From: a virus
DNA length: 64,000 nucleotides
IMG/VR virus record: IMGVR_UViG_3300042387_001967
Direction: 5' to 3' (one strand)
Every line of letters starts with the position of its first letter. The stretch's first letter is position 1. The notes below the pieces were generated by a model that ran no database searches, was not told where the DNA came from, and saw nothing but the letters and a program-made list of their open reading frames with translations. Below are positions 37,727-46,735 of this stretch, piece after piece. The position numbers and the translations under genes are program-made.

Positions 37727-40297
37727 TCAGTTTTCCTGCGCCGAATACTGATCCGGTTTGAACTGCTGCAGCATGCGCAGCAGATTTTCGCCAGCGCGGG
37801 TCGCGAGTTCCGCGAGTTCCTGCTCGAAGTCGATCAGGTCTTCCTTGCCGTAGATCTCCTCGAAGTCCGCCGGCCGGTAGCGCAGCAGAAACAGAGTGCG
37901 GAAGTAGCGGTCCACGCCGGCCTCGAAGTCCGGGATGTAGAGCTTGATCTGATCGACAATGCCGTGACTGGTGGTGGCCATCTGCGACACAGCGCCGTGG
38001 TCCAGGATGTGCGGCATACCATACTGACTCGACATCTGCGCCAGTTCCTCGGGCGAACTGTTCATGATCATGTCCATCGGCAGCAGCGACTCGGCGGTCT
38101 CAGAATTCCTACCGCGCGGTCCCTGATAGGTGTCGCCGTAGCGTGACTGCTGGTCCGGGCGTCGCGGTGTGTGCGTGGAGAGAATCTGCTGCTGAGGCGC
38201 GTCCAGCCGGACGTTCAGCTCGGGATCAAAGCTCTGCACCCACTGCTCCATGCCCTCCGGCCTGGTCAGGTATGCCTGCTTGGTGACGGAGTCGAAGATG
38301 CGGTAGGTCACGTCGCCGTCGACAGCCTTGTTGAGAATCTTGCCTGCGACATCGGTGCGCAGCGAGAAGTCTTCCGCCAGTGCGAGATGCGCCTCCAGCC
38401 ACCCGAGGTTGCGAGCCGCCTTGAGCAGCGTGCCGTCCTCGCGATGCTCCACGTCGAATGTGGGCCCGGCCTTCGGACGCACCGTCACCTCGTTGGCGGT
38501 CGTGATGCCGCCGGCCGTGCGCATCCACTGCTCGACGCCGGCTGACGACATCGGGAACCGTGTGCACTTGGGCTCGACCTTGCGGACTCCGTCGTCGTCG
38601 TCACGCTTCACGTCACAGTCCACTTCCAGGAAGAACGTCTCATCGCTGAGGTATCGACCGGACGTCTCACCGCGACCAGGCGCGTAGAACAGCTTGGTCT
38701 GGTCGCCGTAGCCGATGGAGATCGTGATCACGGAGCACTCACCGTCCTTCGCAATGTCGGCCACGTGAAATGGGCGCGAGATGCTGAGGTCCCGGGTGTC
38801 GAGCGCGACGTAGCACTTCCCGGTCGAAATGGCGTCGCCAGTCACTGCCTTGGCATTTGTGTCCTGGTCGATCGTTTCATCGCCGAACACATCCTCGCCC
38901 GAGGGCAGCCTGAACAACTGCTTGTCGCTCGGGAAGTAGGCATACTCGATTTTGCTGGGCGAGCCGCTGCCGCCGCAGGGCGACGGTCCGCTGTTGTCGA
39001 AAAGCAGGTGGTCGCTCTCGCGCAGCAGGAGTGCTTCCTCCGTGTCACCATTTGCCATGAGCAGTTGCACCTTGCCCGGGGACGACAGTTCCTTGATGGT
39101 GCCGGCGCCGACTTCCTCGATGACGGTGTTGACGCTGTCGGCGAGCCGGTGGTCGACCAGGTCGTAGCCTTTGTCGAAGATGCGCTCGCGCTGGGCCGCG
39201 GATTTGGCCAGCTCCGGCGACAGGATGATGGAGATCGCAGGACGCGGGCCGGACGCCTCTTTGGCCAGCCAGCCGTTCACCGTCTCGAGATCCTCCTTCG
39301 TGTAATTGGATGCGACGGCCGCGGCGACGCCCGGACTGTTGCCGATGAATGCGGCGAGCTTCTCCAGTGCCTCGGGGCCGTGCGCGTCGATCACCAGCGG
39401 CAGCAGCTTGCGCATCGGCGCGTCGTCCGCGCTGTGCAGCATGAGCTCCCTCCAGATCGAACCGTCGGCCGCGGCCTTCTTGAAAGCTTCCGCGTGCGGC
39501 GCGTTCTCTTTCTTCTGCGTCGTAACGCGAAGAGCGTGGTGGCGCATCAAATCGCGCAGCTGTTCGCGAGTAAGTAGATTTTTCTCTTCGATGTGATCCA
39601 GCTTCAGGCCAGTGATGGCTTTGTCGGCCAATTCGTCCGACATGAGATGGCGGTTCTGCTTGCCGCTTGCGATTGCTTCATGCACCTCGTCATCAGACTC
39701 GTAAATTTCCGCGTCAGCATGCGTCTCGACATCCTCCGCGCCGGGCTTCTTGCTCTGTTTGTCCCCAGCATACTTCTCGGCGAGATACTCGCGCGTCTCA
39801 GCGTCCGCCTTCTCATTGATATCGGCTAATGTCAGACGATCAGCCGCATACTTGACGCGCTGCGGATAGGCCAGCCGGTCCATGTAGGCATCCGCCTGTC
39901 GATACCGGTTGCGGTCGACGGGCTCGCCGGCGCTCTCGTGATTGCCGCGCACCAGGTATGCGCACCAGTCCTCGGTGAGTGGGACGAAGCGTTTGACGTC
40001 CGTGCGGTAGAGCATGTCGGCCGCCTTGATCTCGCCGTTGACGAAAAACACCGGGGCGTAGAGCAGGTTGCTGTTCACCCGGAACGCGAAGATGCCGACC
40101 ATCTTGGTCGCCTTCTCGTTGCGATGCACGATCTCGAAGCCGAGCCGGAACGGATCCTGGAACAGAATCTTGGCCTTGTTGGCGACGATTGCGTAGCTCT
40201 GGTCCATGAAGGACTTCTGGACAGCGCCGTAGTCGACGCCCTCCTGCGAGGCCGCCTGCTTCCACTGGTAGTTGGGGTCGATGATTTCGGTGGTCAT
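37727..40297 (-). CDS. Large head-associated structural protein of unknown function
   Basis: 856 aa with WKQAAS, VKYAA, FKKAAA, AKEAS, AKSAA and TKQAY. Confidence 0.58.
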   Translation of the reverse strand: MTTEIIDPNYQWKQAASQEGVDYGAVQKSFMDQSYAIVANKAKILFQDPFRLGFEIVHRNEKATKMVGIFAFRVNSNLLYAPVFFVNGEIKAADMLYRTDVKRFVPLTEDWCAYLVRGNHESAGEPVDRNRYRQADAYMDRLAYPQRVKYAADRLTLADINEKADAETREYLAEKYAGDKQSKKPGAEDVETHADAEIYESDDEVHEAIASGKQNRHLMSDELADKAITGLKLDHIEEKNLLTREQLRDLMRHHALRVTTQKKENAPHAEAFKKAAADGSIWRELMLHSADDAPMRKLLPLVIDAHGPEALEKLAAFIGNSPGVAAAVASNYTKEDLETVNGWLAKEASGPRPAISIILSPELAKSAAQRERIFDKGYDLVDHRLADSVNTVIEEVGAGTIKELSSPGKVQLLMANGDTEEALLLRESDHLLFDNSGPSPCGGSGSPSKIEYAYFPSDKQLFRLPSGEDVFGDETIDQDTNAKAVTGDAISTGKCYVALDTRDLSISRPFHVADIAKDGECSVITISIGYGDQTKLFYAPGRGETSGRYLSDETFFLEVDCDVKRDDDDGVRKVEPKCTRFPMSSAGVEQWMRTAGGITTANEVTVRPKAGPTFDVEHREDGTLLKAARNLGWLEAHLALAEDFSLRTDVAGKILNKAVDGDVTYRIFDSVTKQAYLTRPEGMEQWVQSFDPELNVRLDAPQQQILSTHTPRRPDQQSRYGDTYQGPRGRNSETAESLLPMDMIMNSSPEELAQMSSQYGMPHILDHGAVSQMATTSHGIVDQIKLYIPDFEAGVDRYFRTLFLLRYRPADFEEIYGKEDLIDFEQELAELATRAGENLLRMLQQFKPDQYSAQEN

Positions 40298-40314
40298 GGT
40301 GTGTAATTGGCGGG

Positions 40315-40995
40315 TCAGAACAAATTGGTGCTCCCGGGGTGCTTCTCTCGATGCTTCCTTGCTGCCTCGATTATTGCGTGCTGCTTGTCGGACATCTGAG
40401 CACCTCCGTTTCCTTGCTGTTCCTGCTGTTTGAATAATTTGCTTCTCAACTGCTCCAATCCGGTGACCCCGCCGACGCCAATCGCGCCCATACCGGCCAG
40501 ATTACCAGCCTGTCCTGCGCGACCAAGCGCCGTCGGCAACGGTGTCATTTGCGTTCCGTGCAGCAGATGGGAACCGCTTTCTATCATATCCCTAGGAGCG
40601 CGCAAAGCGCCGCGTCCAAAGTTGAGAAGCGCCTTGAGGATGTTGCTTCCTGCGCCTGCACTTTTACCCATTCGCCGATGCTCCATGCCGACGGTCGGCA
40701 CCAGCGGATCCAGGTCCGCGTAATCCGAGATCGCGTTGCTTACGGCCGCGCCGCCAACACCGACCCCGCCGCCGATCAGCGCGCCGACCAGTGCGCGCAG
40801 CAGGACGGACTTCTGATCCTTGCCGCCCAGCGCAGAAGGCGCTCCAACAGCTGAAGCCGCACCCAACATCGCGCCTGGTATCGCGCCGGCCAGTCCACCC
40901 GCCGCGAGTTTTAGGTTTTTCCTTCGCTGCCTTACTTCGTCGTAGGAGCGTGCGGATGCTGATTTTTCGAGCAGTGCGAAAGGTGTCATGATCAT
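40315..40995 (-). CDS. TPFAxL-KxA leader protein with Gly zippers
   Basis: Starts MIMTPFALLEKSAS; internal GKSAG; two hydrophobic modules. Confidence 0.58.
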   Translation of the reverse strand: MIMTPFALLEKSASARSYDEVRQRRKNLKLAAGGLAGAIPGAMLGAASAVGAPSALGGKDQKSVLLRALVGALIGGGVGVGGAAVSNAISDYADLDPLVPTVGMEHRRMGKSAGAGSNILKALLNFGRGALRAPRDMIESGSHLLHGTQMTPLPTALGRAGQAGNLAGMGAIGVGGVTGLEQLRSKLFKQQEQQGNGGAQMSDKQHAIIEAARKHREKHPGSTNLF

Positions 40996-41037
40996 GGATG
41001 GTAGTCGGTTTTGCGGCGAAGGGAAGGTTGACGTTGA

Positions 41038-42081
41038 TCAAATGTAGTGACGGTTCTCGTTCGCGTCATACTCGTAGTAGTTGGTGTCGCCGCCTTTTTT
41101 CCAACTGCGTGCGATCCCACTGAGGAACCCAGGCTGAAACCGGCGGCTGTTCTGTTGCTCCCACGTTCCGATGGTGCCGGGCAGTTGTTTCTCGATTCGG
41201 TCAGCCAGCAGCGTTGGGTCCATCTTCAGCGCCATGCGCTCGAGTCCCGTCATCTTGTCCAGCCCCTGCTGTATCTTGGCCTGGGCGCCGGCGTAGCCGC
41301 GCGTGCGGACGCTCTGCTCGTCGTAGGGCTTGTCGCGTAAAATGGAGTGCCCCAGCATTCCTGCTCCAATCGTTGGAAACAGCCACGGAAACACGTTGGA
41401 GAAAACCTTGCCGAAACTGCCGGACTTCAGCATCGCTTGCGGCAGCATCAGTCCGTGCATGCGCCGGTCCACGCGGTCGTTGATCAGCGTGTCAGGATCC
41501 TCGAACAGCGACTGGATATACTTCAATTTGGACAGCGGCTTGTAGGGCTTGCTGGAGTATTGATCCGCCAGGTCCGCAGTCGCCGCGTCGTTCTGGCGAA
41601 GATACTGCCGCGCCAGTCCGGGGCGAGTGAGATAGTTAGAATCCATCTGCCCAAGGGACATCATGTCGGCCCCGGCCCCGCGCGCGCCGATGAGCACGTC
41701 CTCCTGCAACCTAGCCCGGTTTCCCGGGCGGTTCGCGCGATACGCGCTGATCAGGCTCGGCGCCGTCATCAGTGCCCCCAGCACTGGCATGGAGGCATTC
41801 ATCGCAAGGTTCGATCCCGGCACGTCGTATCCGGCGAGTCCCGCCGCCATCCCGCCAAGGCCGTAGCCCATCAGCCCCTTGTTGAGCGTGGTCATCTTGT
41901 CCGTGACCGGGTCGTGAAACAGGCGCGACGCTTTCCCCCAGAAGCTGCCTGGTTGTGTCTTCGTCGCTACGCGCTTCCAGAGACCGTCGCGCACCAGACT
42001 GTGCAGGCCTCGCAGAATTGTTCCGCCGGAGGACGACTTGGTCATGTCAGCCTCGCTCGCGAGTTGGGCGAAAGCAGTCAT
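41038..42081 (-). CDS. Leader-bearing head protein with hydrophobic segments
   Basis: Starts MTAFAQLASEADMTKSSS. Confidence 0.55.
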   Translation of the reverse strand: MTAFAQLASEADMTKSSSGGTILRGLHSLVRDGLWKRVATKTQPGSFWGKASRLFHDPVTDKMTTLNKGLMGYGLGGMAAGLAGYDVPGSNLAMNASMPVLGALMTAPSLISAYRANRPGNRARLQEDVLIGARGAGADMMSLGQMDSNYLTRPGLARQYLRQNDAATADLADQYSSKPYKPLSKLKYIQSLFEDPDTLINDRVDRRMHGLMLPQAMLKSGSFGKVFSNVFPWLFPTIGAGMLGHSILRDKPYDEQSVRTRGYAGAQAKIQQGLDKMTGLERMALKMDPTLLADRIEKQLPGTIGTWEQQNSRRFQPGFLSGIARSWKKGGDTNYYEYDANENRHYI

Positions 42082-42092
42082 ACCCGGATGGC

Positions 42093-43754
42093 TCAGATGG
42101 TCTGGCGCAGTCGGGCCAAGATGGATGCCTTGTTCTGCTCGAGCATCGCCTGCAGCGCTGCGGCCGACGGCTGCTCGCCCTGTCCCCTGAACACATTCAA
42201 GATCCTTCCCAGGATGCCGGGATCTTGCGGCGCGTTCTGCAGCGCTGCCTGAATGCCGTAGTCGACGCCGGTGTTGTAGCCTTTATCGAGACCTTCGGTC
42301 AGCCCGCTGTTGCGGCCCATGCGGTTGCTGCCGTAGAGCGCGACGCCGCCTGCGCCGGCGCCGAGTCCCAGTTTAACACCCGGCGAAAGGCCTTCCCTCT
42401 CTATCTTGTTCAGAATTTCACGAGCTTCCGGCGACGCCTTCGCAGTAGCAGTCCCTGGCAGCGCCTTCGTCACAGGATTCGGAAGCATCGTCATCTTAAT
42501 CTCGGGTCCTGCACGTCTCGTCGCGGCGCTTACGGCGGGTTGCCCACGTTTCGCAACTGCCGACCCCACCCGTTTCAACACCTCCAGCCCGCCTGCTTCC
42601 TTCTGCATGTCGAAGCACGCGAAGGGCGTCAGGCTGGCGCGCTTCGTTTGCCAGGGAGCATTCGCAGCCGCCAGCACGCTGCCGCCGCTACGCTGAGCAT
42701 TTTGCATGTTCGTCCACTTGGCGACGTCCATTTTACTATTTGGATTATAAGCGTTCGCTTTGCCTTTGCCGTGATATTTGGCCCACATTGCAGGATCTGG
42801 AGCGCCACTAGGTGCTGGCGCAGCGCCCGGCCGGGCCGCTGTCGTTCCCGCCCACGCCGGTGCGGCTGCTGGGGGACTGCCCGCTCCAAGGGCCGCCATT
42901 GCCGGGGGTGCAGGTGTGTCACTCGGTCCGGCTGCCGGGGGCTGGTTCAGCTTACCTTGCCACTGCGGCTTACCATACGTATCCGGAGTTCCGTAGGCCC
43001 ACGACGGCTTGGCTCCGGAATCGCCTCCAAGCGGCGACGAACTCGGCGAAATCGGCGACGGCGAAAGCGGCGGTGAACCGCCTCCAAGAGTTATCAGCTG
43101 CGGCGAACTAGGTTCACTGGTTGCGCCACCCCCAGTTCCGGTCGGCTCATCGAAGCCGCCTGCACTGCCGCCGCTGGTCATAGGGGCGGCAGCAGGGGCG
43201 GCAGCTGGTGCCGCTTTTCCAGAGGTGGCATCGATGAGGCCTTTCCCCATATTCGCAGCCCCATCACCCAATGCACCGACGGCCCCGGGAATCAGTCCAG
43301 CAGTGTGTCCAACTGCCCCGACTACGCCGCCAGCCGCTTGTAATCCCCCACCCACAGCCTGTCCCACGTTGCGACCGACAGCCTGCAGGCCATCCCTGCC
43401 GCCATTCCATGCACCATCCGCCGCGCCCTGCCCGACCGCTCCCCAGTCGATGTCACCAGGTTGTTGAAATTGCCGCTTCAGCGCGTTCGCGCCGCCCGAT
43501 ATCATACCGCCAGCAGCGCGAAAAGGAGTCGCTATCCCTTGAGCGGCGGCACCTAGAGCGCCTGACGCCGCATTACCCACGCCTGATACGGTGTTACCGA
43601 TCGCGTTACCGATCGGTTTGATATTGTTGTTCCAAAAATTGTCGAACGCCGGTCCCGCCTGTTTCACGAGCGGATTCAGATGTCGTGCGTGCCGTCTGCC
43701 GGCACTTTTTGGCATGAGTTCGAGCTTAGCAAACGGCGTGATGTAGCGATTCAT
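42093..43754 (-). CDS. Gly/Pro-rich KxA polyprotein-like head protein
   Basis: Likely start MNRYITPFAKLELMPKSAG at 43754. Internal TKRASLTPFACFDMQKEAG. Confidence 0.58.
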   Translation of the reverse strand: MNRYITPFAKLELMPKSAGRRHARHLNPLVKQAGPAFDNFWNNNIKPIGNAIGNTVSGVGNAASGALGAAAQGIATPFRAAGGMISGGANALKRQFQQPGDIDWGAVGQGAADGAWNGGRDGLQAVGRNVGQAVGGGLQAAGGVVGAVGHTAGLIPGAVGALGDGAANMGKGLIDATSGKAAPAAAPAAAPMTSGGSAGGFDEPTGTGGGATSEPSSPQLITLGGGSPPLSPSPISPSSSPLGGDSGAKPSWAYGTPDTYGKPQWQGKLNQPPAAGPSDTPAPPAMAALGAGSPPAAAPAWAGTTAARPGAAPAPSGAPDPAMWAKYHGKGKANAYNPNSKMDVAKWTNMQNAQRSGGSVLAAANAPWQTKRASLTPFACFDMQKEAGGLEVLKRVGSAVAKRGQPAVSAATRRAGPEIKMTMLPNPVTKALPGTATAKASPEAREILNKIEREGLSPGVKLGLGAGAGGVALYGSNRMGRNSGLTEGLDKGYNTGVDYGIQAALQNAPQDPGILGRILNVFRGQGEQPSAAALQAMLEQNKASILARLRQTI

Positions 43755-43790
43755 GCCGGGCATTCTACGCGAAACCAAACACGCAGGCAA
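43755..43790 (-). promoter_or_regulatory. Sigma70-like leaderless promoter TTGCCT-17-TAGAAT-7-ATG
   Basis: -35 at 43785-43790, -10 at 43762-43767, ATG at 43754. Confidence 0.65.
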
Positions 43791-43802
43791 TATCAATTAC
43801 GC

Positions 43803-45656
43803 TCAGAATTTGCCAGTCGTCTGCACGTGTTCGCCGAAGCCGCCCTTGCCTGCGTCTGCTCCGAACGCAAGTCTGGGCCCGAAGTGATAGTTCTCGGCCA
43901 CGTTCGTCTCATCGCCGCGCTCCAGCGAGCCGCGCAGCTGACTGGACAGGTAAGACGTGCCCAGCGACGCGAGCCAGTCATCGGACGCGTGCGAGGCGAC
44001 GCGCAGCCGCTGCATCTCCGGGCGGAACCACGGCTGTTGCGACGACACCGGCACCTTGGTCACGCCGGCGCTCTCCAGGTTCTTGGCCATGCTCGGCGTC
44101 AGCTTTGTGCCCACCGTGTAGTGCAGCGCCGGCGCCTGCAGAAATTTGCCGACCGCCTTCGCCGCCGGCATCTCCGCGGTGTCCTCCGGCGGACGATACT
44201 TGGCGAGGAACTCGCTCTCGTGCACCAGGTCGTCCGGCAGCCACGGCGAGTCCTCGTCGGGGTCCTCGATGAGATAGTTGTCCAACGCGGCGCGTGTGAT
44301 CATCTCCACATTCCTGGCATCTGGACTCTGTCCGGAATCACGCAGCATTTGGGATAGGCGCGTCGCGTAATACTTGCGCCCTTCGCCGAGCCCGCGCAGC
44401 CGGACGATGTCGGCAGGATTCACCAGCCCGTCAGACAGGGTGTCGCCGGCCTCCACGCGCTGTCCCACTTTCACAGTCGGCTGAAATCCAGGCAGGGCAA
44501 AATGCTGCGTGCCGTTCACGTTGATAAACGTGCCGCCCTGCGGAGCGTCTTCGATCTTGTCCACGGTCCCCTCGTTCTCCGCAACGGTCGCGCGGTCTTT
44601 GAACTCCTCCGGGATCGACAGGAACTGCGTGATGTAGTTGAGGCCGGAGAATGACTTCCTTCCCTTGGCTACGCCCGCTTCGTGTTTTACATTTAAGGCC
44701 CCCTGTACGATGGGCTCGTTGATTGCGGCGGAGGCGGTGACGACAGCAGACTCACCGATGGACGGGAACTGTCCGTCGGCTTTGACGCCGGCACACTTGG
44801 CGCACAGCCCGTGCGGCGCGCGGCAAGTCAGCGCGCTGCGCACCATGATCGGTTTCTTCTGCCGCCGCAGCTGCGCGAGCAGGTGCTTGTCGATGACAGT
44901 GCCGCCCGGGATGTCACCGACGCCGCGAGCCAGCACGCGTCCTGTCAGGTCGTCGTCGGTAGCCTCGGCGGCCAGTCCGTTCGTCACGCCGCAGTCCTGC
45001 GTGGTGATGTTAAAATCCAGACCTGCCTGTGTGGTAATCTTGAGCAGGTCGCCGCCCTTTGCGGTCGCTTTTTTCGTCGATACGACCGATGCGCGCGCGC
45101 CGTAGGTGCCGGCCAGCGTCTCCGCGGGCCGGACGCCGTCGCCGTAACTGCTGCGCACGAACAGCGGGATGACGCGTCCTTTGGCGTCCTGGAACACACC
45201 CGGCGTGGAAAGGATTGCCTTGAGATTGCTGGCCTTGCCGCGCGCGCCGGAGGCCACGGCCAGCGCGAACGCGTTGCGACTCTTCATCGCCGCCGTCATT
45301 GTGTCCTTCTCGATCAGGTCAGAATAGCGGGTGAGGATCTCGCCGCGCTGCGCTTCGAAGTCCTCGGTCGGCAGCTTCTGCTTGCGCAGTCCAGCAAGCT
45401 CCGCGTCCATCTTGGCGTAGTAGGATGAGGTGTCGATGACCTGCCGCGTATCAGAGGGGCCGGTGGTGTAGCCCTGCCGCCAGCTCGCGCGACGTCCAAG
45501 GTCGCCCAGTTGTTTTACGATGCGCGGGAATTCATACGGGTGGTGCGCGGCGACCTCGGCCATGATCTCCGACATGCCGCGCTTCCCCAGGTCGTAGGTG
45601 TCCTTCTGCATCTCCGGAGGTAGGATTCGTGAAACGGCGAAATCGACAGCGCGCAT
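43803..45656 (-). CDS. rpoC: RNA polymerase beta' subunit, C-terminal half (split rpoC)
   Basis: SGARG, bridge helix 'YGARASVVSTKKATAKGGDL', Zn ligands DCG...LTC...LCAKC, trigger loop 'INEPIVQGALNVKHEAG'. No NADFDGD motif. Confidence 0.85.
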   Translation of the reverse strand: MRAVDFAVSRILPPEMQKDTYDLGKRGMSEIMAEVAAHHPYEFPRIVKQLGDLGRRASWRQGYTTGPSDTRQVIDTSSYYAKMDAELAGLRKQKLPTEDFEAQRGEILTRYSDLIEKDTMTAAMKSRNAFALAVASGARGKASNLKAILSTPGVFQDAKGRVIPLFVRSSYGDGVRPAETLAGTYGARASVVSTKKATAKGGDLLKITTQAGLDFNITTQDCGVTNGLAAEATDDDLTGRVLARGVGDIPGGTVIDKHLLAQLRRQKKPIMVRSALTCRAPHGLCAKCAGVKADGQFPSIGESAVVTASAAINEPIVQGALNVKHEAGVAKGRKSFSGLNYITQFLSIPEEFKDRATVAENEGTVDKIEDAPQGGTFINVNGTQHFALPGFQPTVKVGQRVEAGDTLSDGLVNPADIVRLRGLGEGRKYYATRLSQMLRDSGQSPDARNVEMITRAALDNYLIEDPDEDSPWLPDDLVHESEFLAKYRPPEDTAEMPAAKAVGKFLQAPALHYTVGTKLTPSMAKNLESAGVTKVPVSSQQPWFRPEMQRLRVASHASDDWLASLGTSYLSSQLRGSLERGDETNVAENYHFGPRLAFGADAGKGGFGEHVQTTGKF

Positions 45657-45691
45657 CCCGGAACGATACCCGCGAATGTCGCAAGCGGCAA
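45657..45691 (-). promoter_or_regulatory. Sigma70-like leaderless promoter TTGCCG-17-TATCGT-6-ATG
   Basis: -35 at 45686-45691, -10 at 45663-45668, ATG at 45656. Confidence 0.6.
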
Positions 45692-45704
45692 GCTCAGAAC
45701 GCTA

Positions 45705-45718
45705 TTCAATCAATTGAA
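45705..45718. promoter_or_regulatory. Candidate operator TTCAAT-CA-ATTGAA
   Basis: 6-2-6 inverted repeat in the divergent intergenic region between the beta' fragment and the MarR-like gene. Confidence 0.4.
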
Positions 45719-45769
45719 CGAAAAACCTTGCTGGGCGGTATTGCATCTGACAAGCTGCTCCGTCGAAAC

Positions 45770-46180
45770 ATGAAAACCATCACCGCCATCCTGCGTAAGA
45801 TCACAGCCTGCAAACTCATCAAAATGCCGCAGTTGATGTTGCTGCTCATGGCCAGCAAGGACAAGACTGGCTGGAACGTGGCAGACATCGCTGACGCCAC
45901 CGGAGCCAAGCCGTCCGTGATCACGATGGCCAAGAACAAGCTGATCCGCGACGCGCTGATCATCGAGCATGTTCCGCATCGAGACCGGCGAAGAACGAAA
46001 GTCTACCTCACAGACGCTGGGCGATATTCGACCAGATTCATGTGGAAGGCTCTGCGCGACCTGGTCGACGCCGAAGAGATCATTCGACCCGCACTCGGCG
46101 GGCTACGGCGCAATCTGCGCGACCTGCAATCTACGCTGCCCAAAGCCTGTTGCGTTCTTAGAAATCCTCCCCGTCAATGA
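45770..46180 (+). CDS. MarR-family winged-helix regulator
   Basis: 136 aa, 'NVADIADATGAKPSVITMAKNKLIRDALI...DRRRTKVYLTDAG' (HTH plus the DRR wing). Confidence 0.75.
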   Translation: MKTITAILRKITACKLIKMPQLMLLLMASKDKTGWNVADIADATGAKPSVITMAKNKLIRDALIIEHVPHRDRRRTKVYLTDAGRYSTRFMWKALRDLVDAEEIIRPALGGLRRNLRDLQSTLPKACCVLRNPPRQ

Positions 46181-46439
46181 CCGAGAGAAAGTAAGGAGAC
46201 GCAGGAGCGCCGGCGAAGTTCAACCGCATCGTGCCTGAGATGCAGCGCAATTCCTGAATCACCACGCCATTGGTGATCGTCCCGCTGAAGCCTGGATGCT
46301 CGCGCCAAGTCGTGTCGCCCGCGTGTTTGAATTCCAGCTTCGGAATATCGGCCACGTTCGTCAGCACGATGGTCATGAGATGACCCTGCTCCAGGTAGGT
46401 GAGGTTGATCTGCTGCAGCTGGCCGGTGTATTGCATCAT
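46158..46439 (-). CDS. Hypothetical beta-rich protein
   Basis: 93 aa, preceded by a promoter-like TTGCAT-17-TACACT. Confidence 0.5.
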   Translation of the reverse strand: MMQYTGQLQQINLTYLEQGHLMTIVLTNVADIPKLEFKHAGDTTWREHPGFSGTITNGVVIQELRCISGTMRLNFAGAPASPYFLSVIDGEDF

Positions 46440-46477
46440 GGCTTTGAAAGTGTAGGGACAACCGGTAAAATATGCAA
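46440..46477 (-). promoter_or_regulatory. Sigma70-like promoter TTGCAT-17-TACACT-9-ATG
   Basis: -35 at 46472-46477, -10 at 46449-46454. Confidence 0.55.
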
Positions 46478-46485
46478 CCGCAGAT

Positions 46486-46734
46486 TCACCGACCCTCCGA
46501 GCCCAGGCTGTGCTGCACCTCGAGTTCGTCGTGTCGTTGGACGCGCGCGGCGCCCAGGCCGTGAGCGTGACAATAGGCGGTGAAAACCGGGTCGCCCGGA
46601 ATCATGGCGCGGATGAGGTTGCGATGATCGGTGAACACGACCATCGCGAGACGACCGTCACCGTCCAGAACCTCGACTGCTGCCGTCGCGGGCACAGCCT
46701 GCGACGTCCCGTCCCGGTTGCGGATGCGCACCAT
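46486..46734 (-). CDS. Hypothetical protein
   Basis: 82 aa from MVRIRNRD, coupled to the upstream stop. Confidence 0.5.
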   Translation of the reverse strand: MVRIRNRDGTSQAVPATAAVEVLDGDGRLAMVVFTDHRNLIRAMIPGDPVFTAYCHAHGLGAARVQRHDELEVQHSLGSEGR

Positions 46735-46735
46735 G

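Noticed and set aside
35170-37761. Long plus-strand ORFs (863 aa here; also 47832-50144, 10619-12613, 24554-25813 and others)
   Set aside because: They are antisense shadows of coherent minus-strand genes in high-GC DNA, with Arg/His-rich composition and no motifs.
43803-45656. Host chromosomal rpoBC operon
   Set aside because: Only half of beta' is present, it is divergent, and its context is phage head genes rather than rpoB or ribosomal genes.
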